Assembly: GCA_013115125.1 (NCBI GenBank)
Contig: JABANN010000092.1
Location: forward strand, 1 to 64,000
Direction: 5' to 3'
Length of the DNA stretch: 64,000 nucleotides
Origin: Perkinsus olseni
Taxonomy: Eukaryota
The position numbers and the translations under genes are program-made. The notes beneath the pieces are model-generated. The model had not been told where the DNA came from and searched no databases. It saw nothing but the letters and a program-made list of their open reading frames with translations. Of the stretch, positions 11,354-22,714 are shown in pieces (within the stretch, counting starts at the first letter, position 1; the number at the start of each line of letters is the position of its first letter).

Positions 11354-11635
11354 TATGTCTCCTCAGAAGCCGAAGAAGCGTGCACGAGAGAACTGGACTA
11401 TAAACCAAATGTGACGAGCTGCTGTACAAGTTTCTCTCAACACTGTTGTCATCTTATCTTGCAGTATGTGATGATGTCATCCCGACTGGCTAGTTTTACA
11501 TTACCTACATTAACTTGTGTTGTTGCCGAGTGACCAATGCAATCGCGCTCACTAGCGTAAGCCCTGGCCGTCAAAAATCCTTCACAGTGCGCTAACAGGG
11601 TGGAAGCTGTTGCGGTTGCGGGTCTCACACTTTGT

Positions 11636-12522
11636 ATGGACGTAGACGACGTCGAGCGTCTCCTAGATAGTATCGATAAGTGCGGCTCGCCACAACAGCC
11701 TGAAGGAAATCGGCTTGTGGAGAGCACAGATCAGTCCGGCTTGGACCAGCTCTTGGCCGAAATAGACAGTGTGGTGAGGATGCTGGACCGCCGCTAGTGG
11801 GGGAATGCTGACCCTTAGATGGGTCGTCACGAGGAATGCCAGCAATCGAGCAGTAAGAACAACCCGAATAGTTTGGTGTACGAGACATCATGCCGTGCTG
11901 GACCCGAAGGCGGCAGGGGTTCCTGTGAGGAGCTCCATCGATGCTCCGCGCGCCACGTTGAAGCAGCAGCCTCCGCCCATTCCGACAAGGAACGAGTAAA
12001 TTCATAGGCATCCCAACGCCAGTGTCGTTGACTTCCCAAGCAGCGTCCTCTTCCGCACTGACTCGGAGGGTGACGGTCAGGTACGTGAGAATATCAGATG
12101 TCTAACCTGTGATCGACGAGTCATTAGACTGGACGGCGTCCGATGGACAAGGTGAGGCGTACCAGCCATGGGGCTAGCAAGGGTGACCTTCCCAGAGACG
12201 CCGACTATATGTTTTATCGGAACAACTATCCGATCGAGGAGATGCTTGAGAAGGCGACAGTGGCGGACCGAGACTATACTGCCTACTGCTGCCAGTGCCG
12301 TGGGCTGGTAGGCGAATCTCGATGAAAACCGGCCTCCGCTTCGGTTAGTATGATAGGGTTTAGGGTGGTACGTGGTAATAGGACTTTTCGTATACGAGTT
12401 CACTCAGGAAACGATTTCGTTCGTGTTTGCAGTCGACCAACTCGCCGGAGCCTTCGCTGATGGCGATTGCTGCCGGCGAAGACCCGTCCTTCAGGGAGAG
12501 TTGGAAATGTACTGAGCGTTGA
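11636..12522 (+). CDS. CFAP418: CFAP418/C8orf37 (retinal maintenance domain) ciliary protein, multi-exon
   Basis: N-terminal MDVDDVERLLDSI...LDQLLAEI, then IRCLTCDRRVI, DADYMFYRNNYP, TAYCCQC and WKC near the C-terminus. Matches the family pattern LRCxxCD...DYxFxRNNxP...AYxCQC...WxC. Confidence 0.85.
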
Positions 12523-12828
12523 TACCCTTCCCTATGCGTCGCGTTGCCAGTTCATGATTGACGCTGCCTAACGTGCACACGCTGAAGTTTCTGTCGTCGA
12601 AAGTACATCAAATTCTCAGCCACGGTCTGGTAAAATGTCCCTTCATTTCTGCCTCATGCTGCGAGCGGCAGGTGTGATGGCGGGATTGGGAGACGATGTA
12701 GGCCCATACAACTCGACGCAACAGGCAGAGTAATGGTCTATCAATCATACAATATGCTACTACTGGACTGCTAATGATGCTATTATTGCCACTCAAATCG
12801 AGTACCTGAGTAATGGTGCTGCTTGATC

Positions 12829-15333
12829 TTAGTTCACCGATGATCGAGATGCTACCCTTTATGAGCCTTCTTCCCCCACTTGACATCACCATTGGGATCC
12901 AAGGCCTCGGTGAACTCACGTATTTTATCGCCGCTACCATCCGACTCATCAACAAGACCATCGATCGGCCTATGCATAACAATACGGCGAATTCGATCGG
13001 ACAGGAGACCATTGGAGCTCTTGTTGGGAAGCCTGAGAACGGCGATACATCAGGCATGCAACGCGGCTGCCGCTGCAGATGGTACTCACTTCCTCAGTCC
13101 CTTCTTAGAGTCGAGGACATAGACAGTTTTGTTCATCGCGTGGGCCGTTAGTACTTCAACACGCTGATCATTGTGACACCATACATCTCCCACTAGCAAT
13201 CCAATGATTTTTCTGTTACTACCTGAGGTCCAGTGAGGTCCACATCGTCCGAGGAATCCGTTAGTAGGACCACTGCATGGCACAGAGCGATGTATGTGGG
13301 AATCTACAGCACTGACGTGGCAATACTCGGAGACATGTCACACACTCACCCCGTTGGCACCGGCCTCTCGCGGCCCCTTTATCGACTGGAACTTCGTAAG
13401 ATGCCCAGGAAGCATGAAATACGTCCGACGACGGAGATCGTGAGATACTGAAAAACGGTCCCACCCGCGCCGGTGGAGAGGCCGTCGTCGAAGGACGAGT
13501 TTGCCGGCCGAAAATGAGCGGAGCGAAGCAACACCCGACTCATAGACCCTACCGTCTTTAGACTTTTCACACCATCGACCTAATGAGGCCAGGAGAGGGA
13601 TAATTGCCGTGAGGGGACGAGTGTCTAAACAGCAGTGGAGAGATCATATGCAAGAAAATAACACGACCAAACCGGTCAAGATAGGCCGTGGATCTTAGGC
13701 TACCTTTATCGTTATCAGGACGACTAAGGCCGTCGGTCCTGTCATGACGGTCACGCCTCGAGCCCCTGTCGCTGCCTCCAGTACGTGACCGCTTCTCGCC
13801 ATCTCTTTCCCGATCAGACCGCTTCCTCTTGTGAGACGAACGATCTTCGAGCAACTACGAACCACAGCCGTCGAGGACGTGTTGAATGACCTTTCTGCTC
13901 CTACCAATGGGGCATCCTCGTCGAAGGGATCTTCACCCACTGATTCGACCTCAGAGGAACGATTACTTTCGGATTGAACTTCTGAATACCATCAACGTCG
14001 AAAGAAAAGTACGTGTCGAGCATAGGGATCCTCACCCGGCATGTAGAGTGGATCAGGGTTGAGCTGCGTCCGAGGATACGAGACGTAGAGGACGTTGGAG
14101 TCCACGAAGTCCTTGGGAAGGGATGAAGCCGAACACTGAGCATAACCACCACCATCATTCCGAAGGTTGAAGGGACGTCATAAGCGGAGTATTTATCGCG
14201 CAACGAGAGTTGCGCAGCCGGAAGAATCCGAAGAATCTTCTCTTCGCAAGAGTACTACCAGTTTCCTAGCCAAGTATTCATCCTTCTCCTTCCTTTCCCT
14301 CATGTCCTCCCAATTGGTAAGATGGTTGGTTGCCAGTACACACGGCATAGGGCAGAGTTGCCACTGCTCGAGATAGGTCAGTGAAACCGACACCCGATTA
14401 TCGCGTACGCTCCTGAAAACGTCACAGTAAAACGGGAATGCCAGTCCGCGCGTCTACCGTATTTGCTGCAGAGTTGGAACGATTTGACTGTGGCGATAGC
14501 TCGTTAATACTTTCACGTTTTCGGGCTTCACCTTCTTAGTTACGTCACCATCTAACAGGACCTGAGTCGGCCAGAGTGTGGCGGTTAAGCAACTGTTTTT
14601 TCCTTACAACGTAACGCTGAAGCTGCTTGTCGAAGTCCTTACATTCACCGATGCTTCCATTGAGCTTATAAGCGGCGATGAGGCCCTGAGGAAAGGAGAC
14701 CCCGAAGGGCAAAATGCGAGCTCCGTAGCGAGGGATAAGACGATAATAATTGCGTTAAATGATGGTGATACAGTGGTGGTGTGGTATCTACTAAGGATAG
14801 ATAGCATAGGTTTAGTAGTGGTAAAGGTTGTTGCTACGATGGACTAGGCATCACTGGCCCGTACATGATCCGTACAGAGGTCATGTTATAGTCCTTTCAC
14901 GGAGACGATGAGGATAAGAGGATGATGATGCTCATCTCAAGTATCCTGAAACGCCCAAACCCAAGGCTACACACCCTCTACTCCGGCACCTAATAAGAAG
15001 ACCCCAGGACGTGATAGTACTTGTAGTTCGACAACGCAGCCAGTAAGGAGACGTCGTAGGTTGGAGCCTCGAACTCTCTTCGTCACGTTGGTTTCATCCA
15101 GTCTAATGTCGTATCTGCAGCCAGCGCAGGTGTTATTCAATCTCTCGCTTCCCACGAGGACCCCACCTTTGTGTTAGTTGGTCGAACCTGACCACTCGTC
15201 CAGTCTGTCCGTCAAGACCGGGATAGTCTCGAAGATCCACGAGCCTCACAGCGTCGCCCTTCTCAATGCCAGTGATGTCCTCATCATTGTGGACGCTGAC
15301 GCCGGAGTCGGAAGGAGAGGGAATAGCCGTCAT
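12829..15333 (-). CDS. Hypothetical multi-exon protein with two N-terminal SH3/KOW-like repeats and an Arg/Asp/Ser-rich segment
   Basis: Repeat 1: GDAVRLVDLRDYPGLDGQTGRVVRFDQLTQR-YDIRLDETNVTKRVRGSNL. Repeat 2: GLIAAYKLNGSIGECKDFDKQLQRYVV-LLDGDVTKKVKPENV. Also KRKRSDRERDGEKRSR. The 3' end is approximate. Confidence 0.65.
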
Positions 15334-15369
15334 CCTTAGGAGGGGTACGATCGGTGAAAGAGAGTTAGT

Positions 15370-15443
15370 AATTACGTGGCGCGTGAAACTCGTTTGCAAT
15401 TTCGTGGCGCGTGAAGCTGTCTTGGAATTTCGTGGCGCGTGAA
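15370..15443. promoter_or_regulatory. Three copies of AATT[A/T]CGTGGCGCGTGAA at exact 28-bp spacing in a divergent intergenic region
   Basis: Core cgtggcgcgtgaa at 15375, 15403 and 15431, with variable 10-bp spacers. Lies between the ATG at 15333 (-) and the MFS gene (+). Confidence 0.6.
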
Positions 15444-15621
15444 GTTTGCACAGAAATTTGGTAGCCAGTATGGGTTTCTAGAATTTGTCCCCTTACAAGC
15501 TGGCACTCAAGGCGTTGAACCACCTTCGAAAGAGACTTCTAGTGACACCATTGTGTTTGAATGAGACCAATGACTGCGACCACGTCACTCGCTGATCTCC
15601 GCTTTCCTCTCTGCATCGTTA

Positions 15622-17457
15622 ATGTCATATCCTCGAATTTTAGTTTCCCTGCCTCCCATGTCCGCTCCCGATGCCCCTCATCCAGAGCCCGCCCGAAGGG
15701 TTGCCGAGGTCCCATCGGAGCCTGCAAGTGGAGGTTCACTCAGACGGAAGCCATTTGCCTTCTTCCCCCGCTTTGATAACGGGCCTCGGTTCTTCCTCGA
15801 TCTCTTCATCGTGTACGTGTCGGTCATCGTGGACTTCATGGGGTACACCCTATTGGCGCCTCTCTTTACGACCATAGTCGACGAGCTCGGCAACGGTGGC
15901 TTCTCCGACGACTTCGCCGCGTCGTGGCTGATGGCGATGTACGGCTTCGGCCAGTTCTTATCGGCTATGACTATGGGCCCTCTATCCGATCTGGTTGGTA
16001 GAAGGCCGGTGTTCGTCTGTGCTTACTCTTTGACGGCAGCGGTATACCTCATCCAGGGCTTCTCCAACTCGTATTGGATGTTCGCCTGCCTGCGGCTGTG
16101 TAACGGCTTGACGACCGGCACGAGGCCCGTGGCCTTCTCCTATCTTGGAGATATAGCGGCTCCTGAGAGGATGGCTTTGTATTCGACTTTGGTTGGTGTT
16201 ATGATAGCCATAGGGTCGTTAATGCCGTTGTTAGGAGGCAGTATGGGAACGCTTACCTGGAGGCTACCAGTTTTCTTCGCCGCTGGCCTCACCTTCTGTA
16301 TGGCCCTATTGGCATTGATATTCCTAAGGGAGTCTCGGAAGCCCGATACGGCGCCGTCGACTGACCGCGGAGCAGCGGTCGGTGGAGGTAGACCAGAGTC
16401 CAGCGGTATCATGCGGACACCGCTTTTCATCGTTACTTTGACGATGATCGCTTTAACCGGGGCGTGCGTGCAGTTTGATAACATCACCATCATAACGACC
16501 TTACCCTGGCTCTTGAATGAGGTCTATGGGATGGCGTTGAACACCGTAGGACTGGTCCTGGGGTCAATGGCCATACCCACCTTGATAACCCTTATTGTAA
16601 TATTCCTGCCGCTGTCTAAGCGTCTATCCATGCCGATTCTGGCGATGATTGGTATGCTGGGCCACGCGACTATGTTCATTCTTCCTTTGCTCAATAACGT
16701 CTACGGAGTGATTTTCCTCTCGTACCTTCTCAATTTCGGCAACTCCATGGTGTACTCCTCGGTCCCTGTGATGGCGAAGATCATAGCGCCGGCTCCGAGG
16801 CGGGGTCTGGTCAATGGCATTGTACTGGCGGCAATGCTCTTGGCGGGAGCAGTGGGGCCGTTGATCGCTGGTGTCCTATGGGACGTGGATTCAGAGCATA
16901 TCACCGCGTTCGCAGTAGTCTCGGTCGTTGCCGCTGTTGGGGCGCTGTGTATGCTATTCGCCTGGCGTCTTATTCCGCGGTTGATGATGAGGAGGGCGAG
17001 CAGTCCTCAGCACGATCTGACGGATAAGGAGATAGAAGACCTTTACGAGGAGTTGGCAGAGTTGAAGGGTACTAAGGAGTGCCGTTGTAAACTCGCCGAG
17101 CATATCAAACGACGGCGTGAGATAGCTCACGAAGAGGATGCCGCGGTCAAAGAAGCTCTAAGGGCTACGGGCAGGCTGAGTCTCTCGGAGCTCGAATTCA
17201 GGGGTAGTGTTCGTCGAGAGGAAGATATCTGGCGACTGGGGCATGACGTCAGTGCCATCTTGGATAGGAACAACTGGAATCGATGGCCGTACTATTACGA
17301 ATGGGTGTTGGCCCAGATCGGCAGCGCATTCCCGCCTATCAGGGAAGGACCCGAGTGTGACAGATTTGAGGATGTCACTTGGGTTATGCAGAAGCATTTG
17401 GAAATAGTTTCCGAGTGGGAGAAGAGACAGCTGAGTAAATTCAAAAAAGACCGATAG
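15622..17457 (+). CDS. MFS transporter (DHA1/TetA-like) with a soluble C-terminal extension
   Basis: About 12 hydrophobic segments, motif A GPLSDLVGRRP and RLCNG. Intronless. Start may be the ATG at 15658. Confidence 0.93.
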   Translation: MSYPRILVSLPPMSAPDAPHPEPARRVAEVPSEPASGGSLRRKPFAFFPRFDNGPRFFLDLFIVYVSVIVDFMGYTLLAPLFTTIVDELGNGGFSDDFAASWLMAMYGFGQFLSAMTMGPLSDLVGRRPVFVCAYSLTAAVYLIQGFSNSYWMFACLRLCNGLTTGTRPVAFSYLGDIAAPERMALYSTLVGVMIAIGSLMPLLGGSMGTLTWRLPVFFAAGLTFCMALLALIFLRESRKPDTAPSTDRGAAVGGGRPESSGIMRTPLFIVTLTMIALTGACVQFDNITIITTLPWLLNEVYGMALNTVGLVLGSMAIPTLITLIVIFLPLSKRLSMPILAMIGMLGHATMFILPLLNNVYGVIFLSYLLNFGNSMVYSSVPVMAKIIAPAPRRGLVNGIVLAAMLLAGAVGPLIAGVLWDVDSEHITAFAVVSVVAAVGALCMLFAWRLIPRLMMRRASSPQHDLTDKEIEDLYEELAELKGTKECRCKLAEHIKRRREIAHEEDAAVKEALRATGRLSLSELEFRGSVRREEDIWRLGHDVSAILDRNNWNRWPYYYEWVLAQIGSAFPPIREGPECDRFEDVTWVMQKHLEIVSEWEKRQLSKFKKDR

Positions 17458-17690
17458 TAGTAGCCGGAGGAGTGAAGTTAGTGGATTGAATTCCAAATCC
17501 AATTCTGCGTAATATTCCTTTAATTTTTTTCTGCTGTACGAGCGCTGGTAGCGCTTACAGGACGCCAAGTTGCAGCGTATTTTACTCGACCTTGTATGCA
17601 ACCTTTTTAATTTACTTGTCTTGTTGCGTTCCAACTACAGAGAGTCTGGACACTAGGCCCCAGTTGGCTTCAGGCCGCCGTTGAATCTCA

Positions 17691-20600
17691 ATGGACCCAG
17701 CCCTCAAGGCCAATGATGAAGGAGGAGGAGGGCCGTCAAGTTCCTCAGTATCGGCCTTGCTGCCAATGTGGGCTCTAGTGGAAGGAGTGGCGGACACCAG
17801 TCTTCGAGAGCTCCAGCAGGCCCTCGAGGCGGAGGACCCCACAACTGTGTGGACCGCAGTGAGACGGCTTCGGGAAAGAGCTATTGCGTTGCACGTCGCA
17901 TGTGGGTACTTCCTGGGGGCGCATGGAGGGGCTCGAGCGCTGGCAGAGGGCCGAAGGAAGCAACTTGATTTCGATAATAAGGCACACTTGAATGAACGAA
18001 TAGGGGAGGAGATGGTACCACTGAGGTTGTGGACGAGAGGCCAGGCCAGGGACCAGCAGTGGAACGTTCGGGACGCTGCTACGGTACTTATGGGTGGTGA
18101 CAGGAATTTCCTGCCAGAGTTGACAGCTGATCTAGTAGGCAGCATAGGGAAGCCCTATGTAGTGTCTTCCTCGCTGGCCATGAACTCAGAGGCCAGGGGT
18201 CAAGCACAGGAGTACCTCCATCATCAGCTCAGTCTGTATAACGTACAAGCAGGACTTCCTCAAGAGGCCCTCTTCTCGGTCGACTCCCACACTGATACCA
18301 TTCTTTTGGCTTCTCGTACGGGCGGCTTCTCTGTTCGTGCTATCTATGACTTGTCCTCGTGGACTATCCTTGACGTACGGGTGCATCGGAAGCGACGGAC
18401 GGCCTGTCGAATAGTTTTGCAGGCTGTGATGGATCAGCTGGTTCGGGAGAAGAGCGATGAGAACGGTCTTCGAGTGATGTACACTTGTGTGGCGCGAATG
18501 GCTGCCCAGCTGCAGCTCAGAAGTCTGCATCAACAGGCGAGGGACCTCATGAGTGCTTCGCCGGAGGGGCCGATCTGGGCGGTTAACAAAGTGGGTGATG
18601 AATCAGCCGACAAGAATATGGAGAACTTTGTGAAGAGGATGGAAGTAAAGCTGTGTCCAGCAGCGGTAGTGACAACGGGTCAGCAGCCCGGGAAATGGTC
18701 CCCGATGATCGTATGGTCAGCTGGGGACTCTGGGGTGAAGGCTAGGCTTCTTGGGGACTGGCTTTGTCCCGAGCAGATAGAGGTAGTAGTAATGGTGATC
18801 AGAGGAGAGGCGAACGCGTCGGTCGAATTCGTTGCCGCTCAGGTGGTGCCAGAGGACTATCTACCCGCAAGCGACCTGCCTCGCTGCGTGGACCTCGCCT
18901 TCGGCCTTATCCAACAGCAGACTCTGATGTCTCTGAAGGCTTCACTCAAAGGAGACAATGTCACAAGCATGAAGCAGTCGAATGACGGCGACGACACGTC
19001 ATGGTGGCTTATCGTACGGCGGCCGTCTGGCCACTTGTGTGCTGTTGTCTCTCTCGACAAGACCGGTCGTATTGTGGTAGAGTCGCCCTTGCTACCCTCA
19101 GAGGACCCCATCATTGTTACTTCCCTATCACACGCCCTCGCCCTCCTCGATCGCCAATTGCCCTTCCTGGCCGTCGTCGAATCATGTGATGCGAAGGCCG
19201 CAGCCCACGGCTGGCATCGGGTTGCCTGGCCCTACGGCTTCGTCTCTCCTCCGGATGATGAACTGCTGGCAACAGAGGCCGCTGATGTCTACCAGAGCAC
19301 ACAACAAGTGCGAGACACCCGTGACTTCAGTGCAGCCTACGCGGTCGCCGACGTCCCGGGTATCTTCCTGACGATGGTCTTCACATTTCCCCCACTCAAC
19401 GATGACCCTCCCTCTGTCGGCTTCATCGGCATGACGGTCAACCCTCGCCTCATCAACGTGGGCTCGGCTGCTGATCACGATGTTTTCGCTGCGGCCACTC
19501 AGACAATCTACTCAGCTGGCCGCTACCACAAGGGTTACGCGAGGCCTCTGCGCATTCTCGCTTCTGTCGGGTCGACCCTCCGGAAGCTGTTGCCGCCTGA
19601 TGAGTTCTCATTGGAGCTCTCCTGGCCACCCGTGAAACGGCCGGACAATGGAGATGGCGAGGGCAACGTGTACGGCCATATGTTCGTGTGGAGGCGGAAT
19701 GATAAGGTCATAGGGAATCAGCCGTTGGTTGAGCAGGAGTCATCACCGGACGTAGAGGACTCTTGTGAAGACGAGAGTATGTCGTCTGGGGGCAGTCAAG
19801 AGGATGGCGACCAGCAGGAGGACCAGCCCGAGCCACCCAACTTGGCCTGTGTTGCAGAGCCAACAGTACACGTCTTCATTAGCGACGATGAGGAGGTAGT
19901 TAAGGGAGGCGTGGGTCTGGTCTACCGAGTGCTGGTGTGATGCTAAACCCGATGGCTTGCTAGGTTGTTGTGGCCCTCAGGTACCCTGGAGAATACGTTT
20001 GTCCTTGATTCCGGGCACTCTGGTAGTCATGCAGGATGCCTCTTCTCCTGATGCCGAGCCTCCGCTGTGGCCTTCGAAGAACTCTGCGGACTCTCTCACC
20101 AATACACATGTCATTGCTGCGCCGCAGACTCCTGCTCCTACTACAGCGGCATTCTTGGCCGACGACTGGGAGTCCCCGCCGCCCGGTGACGATACGCCGG
20201 TGACCAACCAAGTGGTTCGGATGCTCTCGGGGGCCCGAGCGGTTCTCCGGAGCTATTCGGCTGCCGCTGCTGGCGGGCTGGTCGCGACAGGTGTCGTCAT
20301 CGAGTACGGCACACTCGGAGCCCTCGGCCGGGACCTCCATCAGCTCGTCCGGATGGCTGAGTGGATCTACCAGGCCAGGATGGTCGCACGGTACCACGAG
20401 GGCATGCAATTGGTCTCAGCTGACTTGGAAGCGGTACGGTTATCTCTATCAACGTGCGGGAGGGAGGATGATGTCTTTGAAGTGTTCCTCTCTGATGCTG
20501 GGAGATCCTCACGGCCAGCTCTGGACTGCTGCTCCGAAGGCCTGGTGGTCAACCTCAAGTGGATACAACCTTCCCTCACCGATTGTGTGGTACCCCAGCT

Positions 20601-21915
20601 GGAGCTCTTTGCCAACTTGCAGATGGTGGCCGCTACTGCTGGCGATCTGGCCGGTCCCCTTACCCGTCTGGCAGCGTACATCGAGCTCTGCCGAGCTACT
20701 CAGTACGGTCTGGGCGCCGTGGCATCGAAGGCTGAAGCGGTAGGGACGGGCGTGAGGCCCCCTGGTCTTGCAGACGGTCTCCCAATGCCGTTGTGGGAGC
20801 TGTGGCCGAGGAATCAGATGGCTCTGGACATGGTCTACGGCCGGACCTACCTCTTCGAGTTCACGGCTATGACGGGCGGCTATTTGGCGGTTCGGACGAA
20901 CAATCGTTACAAGCAGCCGCTGGTACCTCTTCCGGCACCGAGCAGGTTCTTCCGAATGGTAACAGCGACCAAGGCCGGGGTTAGTGGCGATCATTTCCTG
21001 CCGCTGAGGGACACCGAGTTTCGGATACGTTTTCAACCTGGCAAGTTGTACAGCGGCATCCTCGAGCCTTTGGGGGTCTACTGCTGGTACTGCCATATTA
21101 TAACCACCATCACCAATGGAGTCCTGCCCACCGACTGTCCTAGGGAGGATCGGATGTCGTCCGAGTCTGCGCCTGATAGTGAACCATGGAGGGTCCTCAG
21201 CTGGAATACGTTCGATGGCAACGTGAGGTGCAGTGTGATGCTTTATGCTGATGAAAAGAACAGGACCTTCCAATTGAAGTTGAGCGTTGACAAGGTCCCT
21301 GGGCGAGGCGAGACGGAGATCCTCAATCGCTACTTGGTGGCCTCGTCTGTTCTGGTGGATGAGTTCACTGACTTGTGTCGGACTCCTACGGTGGTTGCGG
21401 CGCCCAGCTTCATTCTGAAGTTGCTACGGCCGGGAGTACCGTGGGTGGCAGTCTGCGAGGTGGCGGCTTTGGTTCGGAAGGAACGGCGCGACCGTGAGAC
21501 TCTACGACGAATAGACCTGACCAAGTCGGCTTCGTGCCAATGGCAGATCGATTGGCAGGATTTGAGTACCCCACGACCGCCGAATGCTGCCAACTCCTTC
21601 GTCATGCTCCTCAATCTCACAGTTCGGCTGAATATGCCCAATCAATCTCATATACTTCGATCGGCTAAGTTAACATTTACTGTCAGCTATAATAACATTG
21701 CCAATGGGTGGCATGGCTGGGACGTGGTACATGTGACCAGTCTTCACGACAAGAGGGCTGCCCACCTTAGTGAGATCGTCAGCGACATACAACGGCCACC
21801 GTACCGCTTGGAGGCCCATTTGGACAACATATGGAGCCAATTGGTTAGCTGGATGTTTGTGCGAGGTGGCTCTCCAAGTCCACAGCAGCATCATCCAGTA
21901 CCACAACACCACTGA
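17691..21915 (+). CDS. Putative Mediator subunit Med14/Rgr1-like protein (about 1385 aa, two exons)
   Basis: N-terminal pattern LVEGVADTSLRELQQAL...RERAIALHV...ARDQQWNVRDAATVLMGGDRNFLP resembles Med14 (AR.P...+..A.DVL..G.Y..LP). The 749-aa and 652-aa ORFs join in frame through intron 19911-19980. Confidence 0.6.
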
Positions 21916-22095
21916 TTGCTAGTTTCCTATTACCACTGAACGTTTGCCTCTGGCTGGTCTGTGTGGTGTTCGGAACTGCGCTGTGTATCGATTAGAATGG
22001 CGTGGCGAGAACTCAAAAGCATCCTGGGCTAGTGGACAGGGTTCATGATTTCGATTGACTTTACGTAGTAGTTTTTGCTCATCGGTTTTACAGCA

Positions 22096-22608
22096 ATGGC
22101 TTCGCGTACTGATCGTACCTTTATCATGGTCAAGCCTGATGGCGTCCAGCGTGGACTGGTCGGCAGGATTGTTCAGAGGTGGGTTACTCGCCGACGTCAG
22201 TGATGTTGATGATTTTCTCGTCCTTCTAGGTTCGAGGATAAGGGCTTCAAGTTGGTTGCCATGAAGATGTGCAGTCCCAGCGAGGAGCACTTCAAGAAGC
22301 ACTACGCTGACTTGGCCGACAAGCCTTTCTTCGCCGGTCTCGTTAAGTACATGCAGACCTCGCCTGTTGTTGCTATGGTTTGGGAAGGCCTCGATGCCGC
22401 CGCTGAGGGCCGCAGAATCCTCGGTGCGACCAAGCCCTCCGAGTCCGCCCCTGGCACTATCAGGGGTGACTTCGGCCTCGAGGTCGGCAGAAACCTCATC
22501 CACGGTTCGGACAGTCCCGAGTCTGCCGCTAAGGAGATCGCCCTGTGGTTCCCCGAAGGCGTGAATGAGTGGAAGAAGTGCGACTATCAGTGGGTCTATG
22601 AGGGCTAA
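22096..22608 (+). CDS. NDK: Nucleoside diphosphate kinase (one intron)
   Basis: [37 protein letters not shown] and the active site [10 protein letters not shown]. Confidence 0.98.
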
Positions 22609-22714
22609 GCATCTCTACAGCTGCATCACTGTCGCGAGCATTTTTCTAAGTGTTGGAATGCTTTCCTCTTGCTATAGTGAGCGTTGTGTTGTCAAGTGTC
22701 AAGGTTTCGTGCCG

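Noticed and set aside
12608-13057. 149-aa minus-strand ORF as a separate gene
   Set aside because: It overlaps, in another frame, the likely last exon of the 12829-15333 gene and has no recognisable motif.
15370-15453. CRISPR-like repeat-spacer arrangement
   Set aside because: Repeats (18 bp) and spacers (10 bp) are too short, there are only three units, no cas genes are present, and the context is eukaryotic.
15499-15512. Spliced-leader relic upstream of the MFS gene (tggcactcaag)
   Set aside because: Only a short gapped resemblance to the TGGCTCAAG leader end; the rest of the leader is absent.
19920-19980. Frameshift or pseudogene between the 749-aa and 652-aa ORFs
   Set aside because: A 70-nt GT-AG intron (19911-19980) joins them in frame.
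21919-22503. 194-aa antisense ORF over NDK, and similar antisense ORFs over other genes
   Set aside because: These are shadows of codon-biased sense genes with no recognisable motifs.
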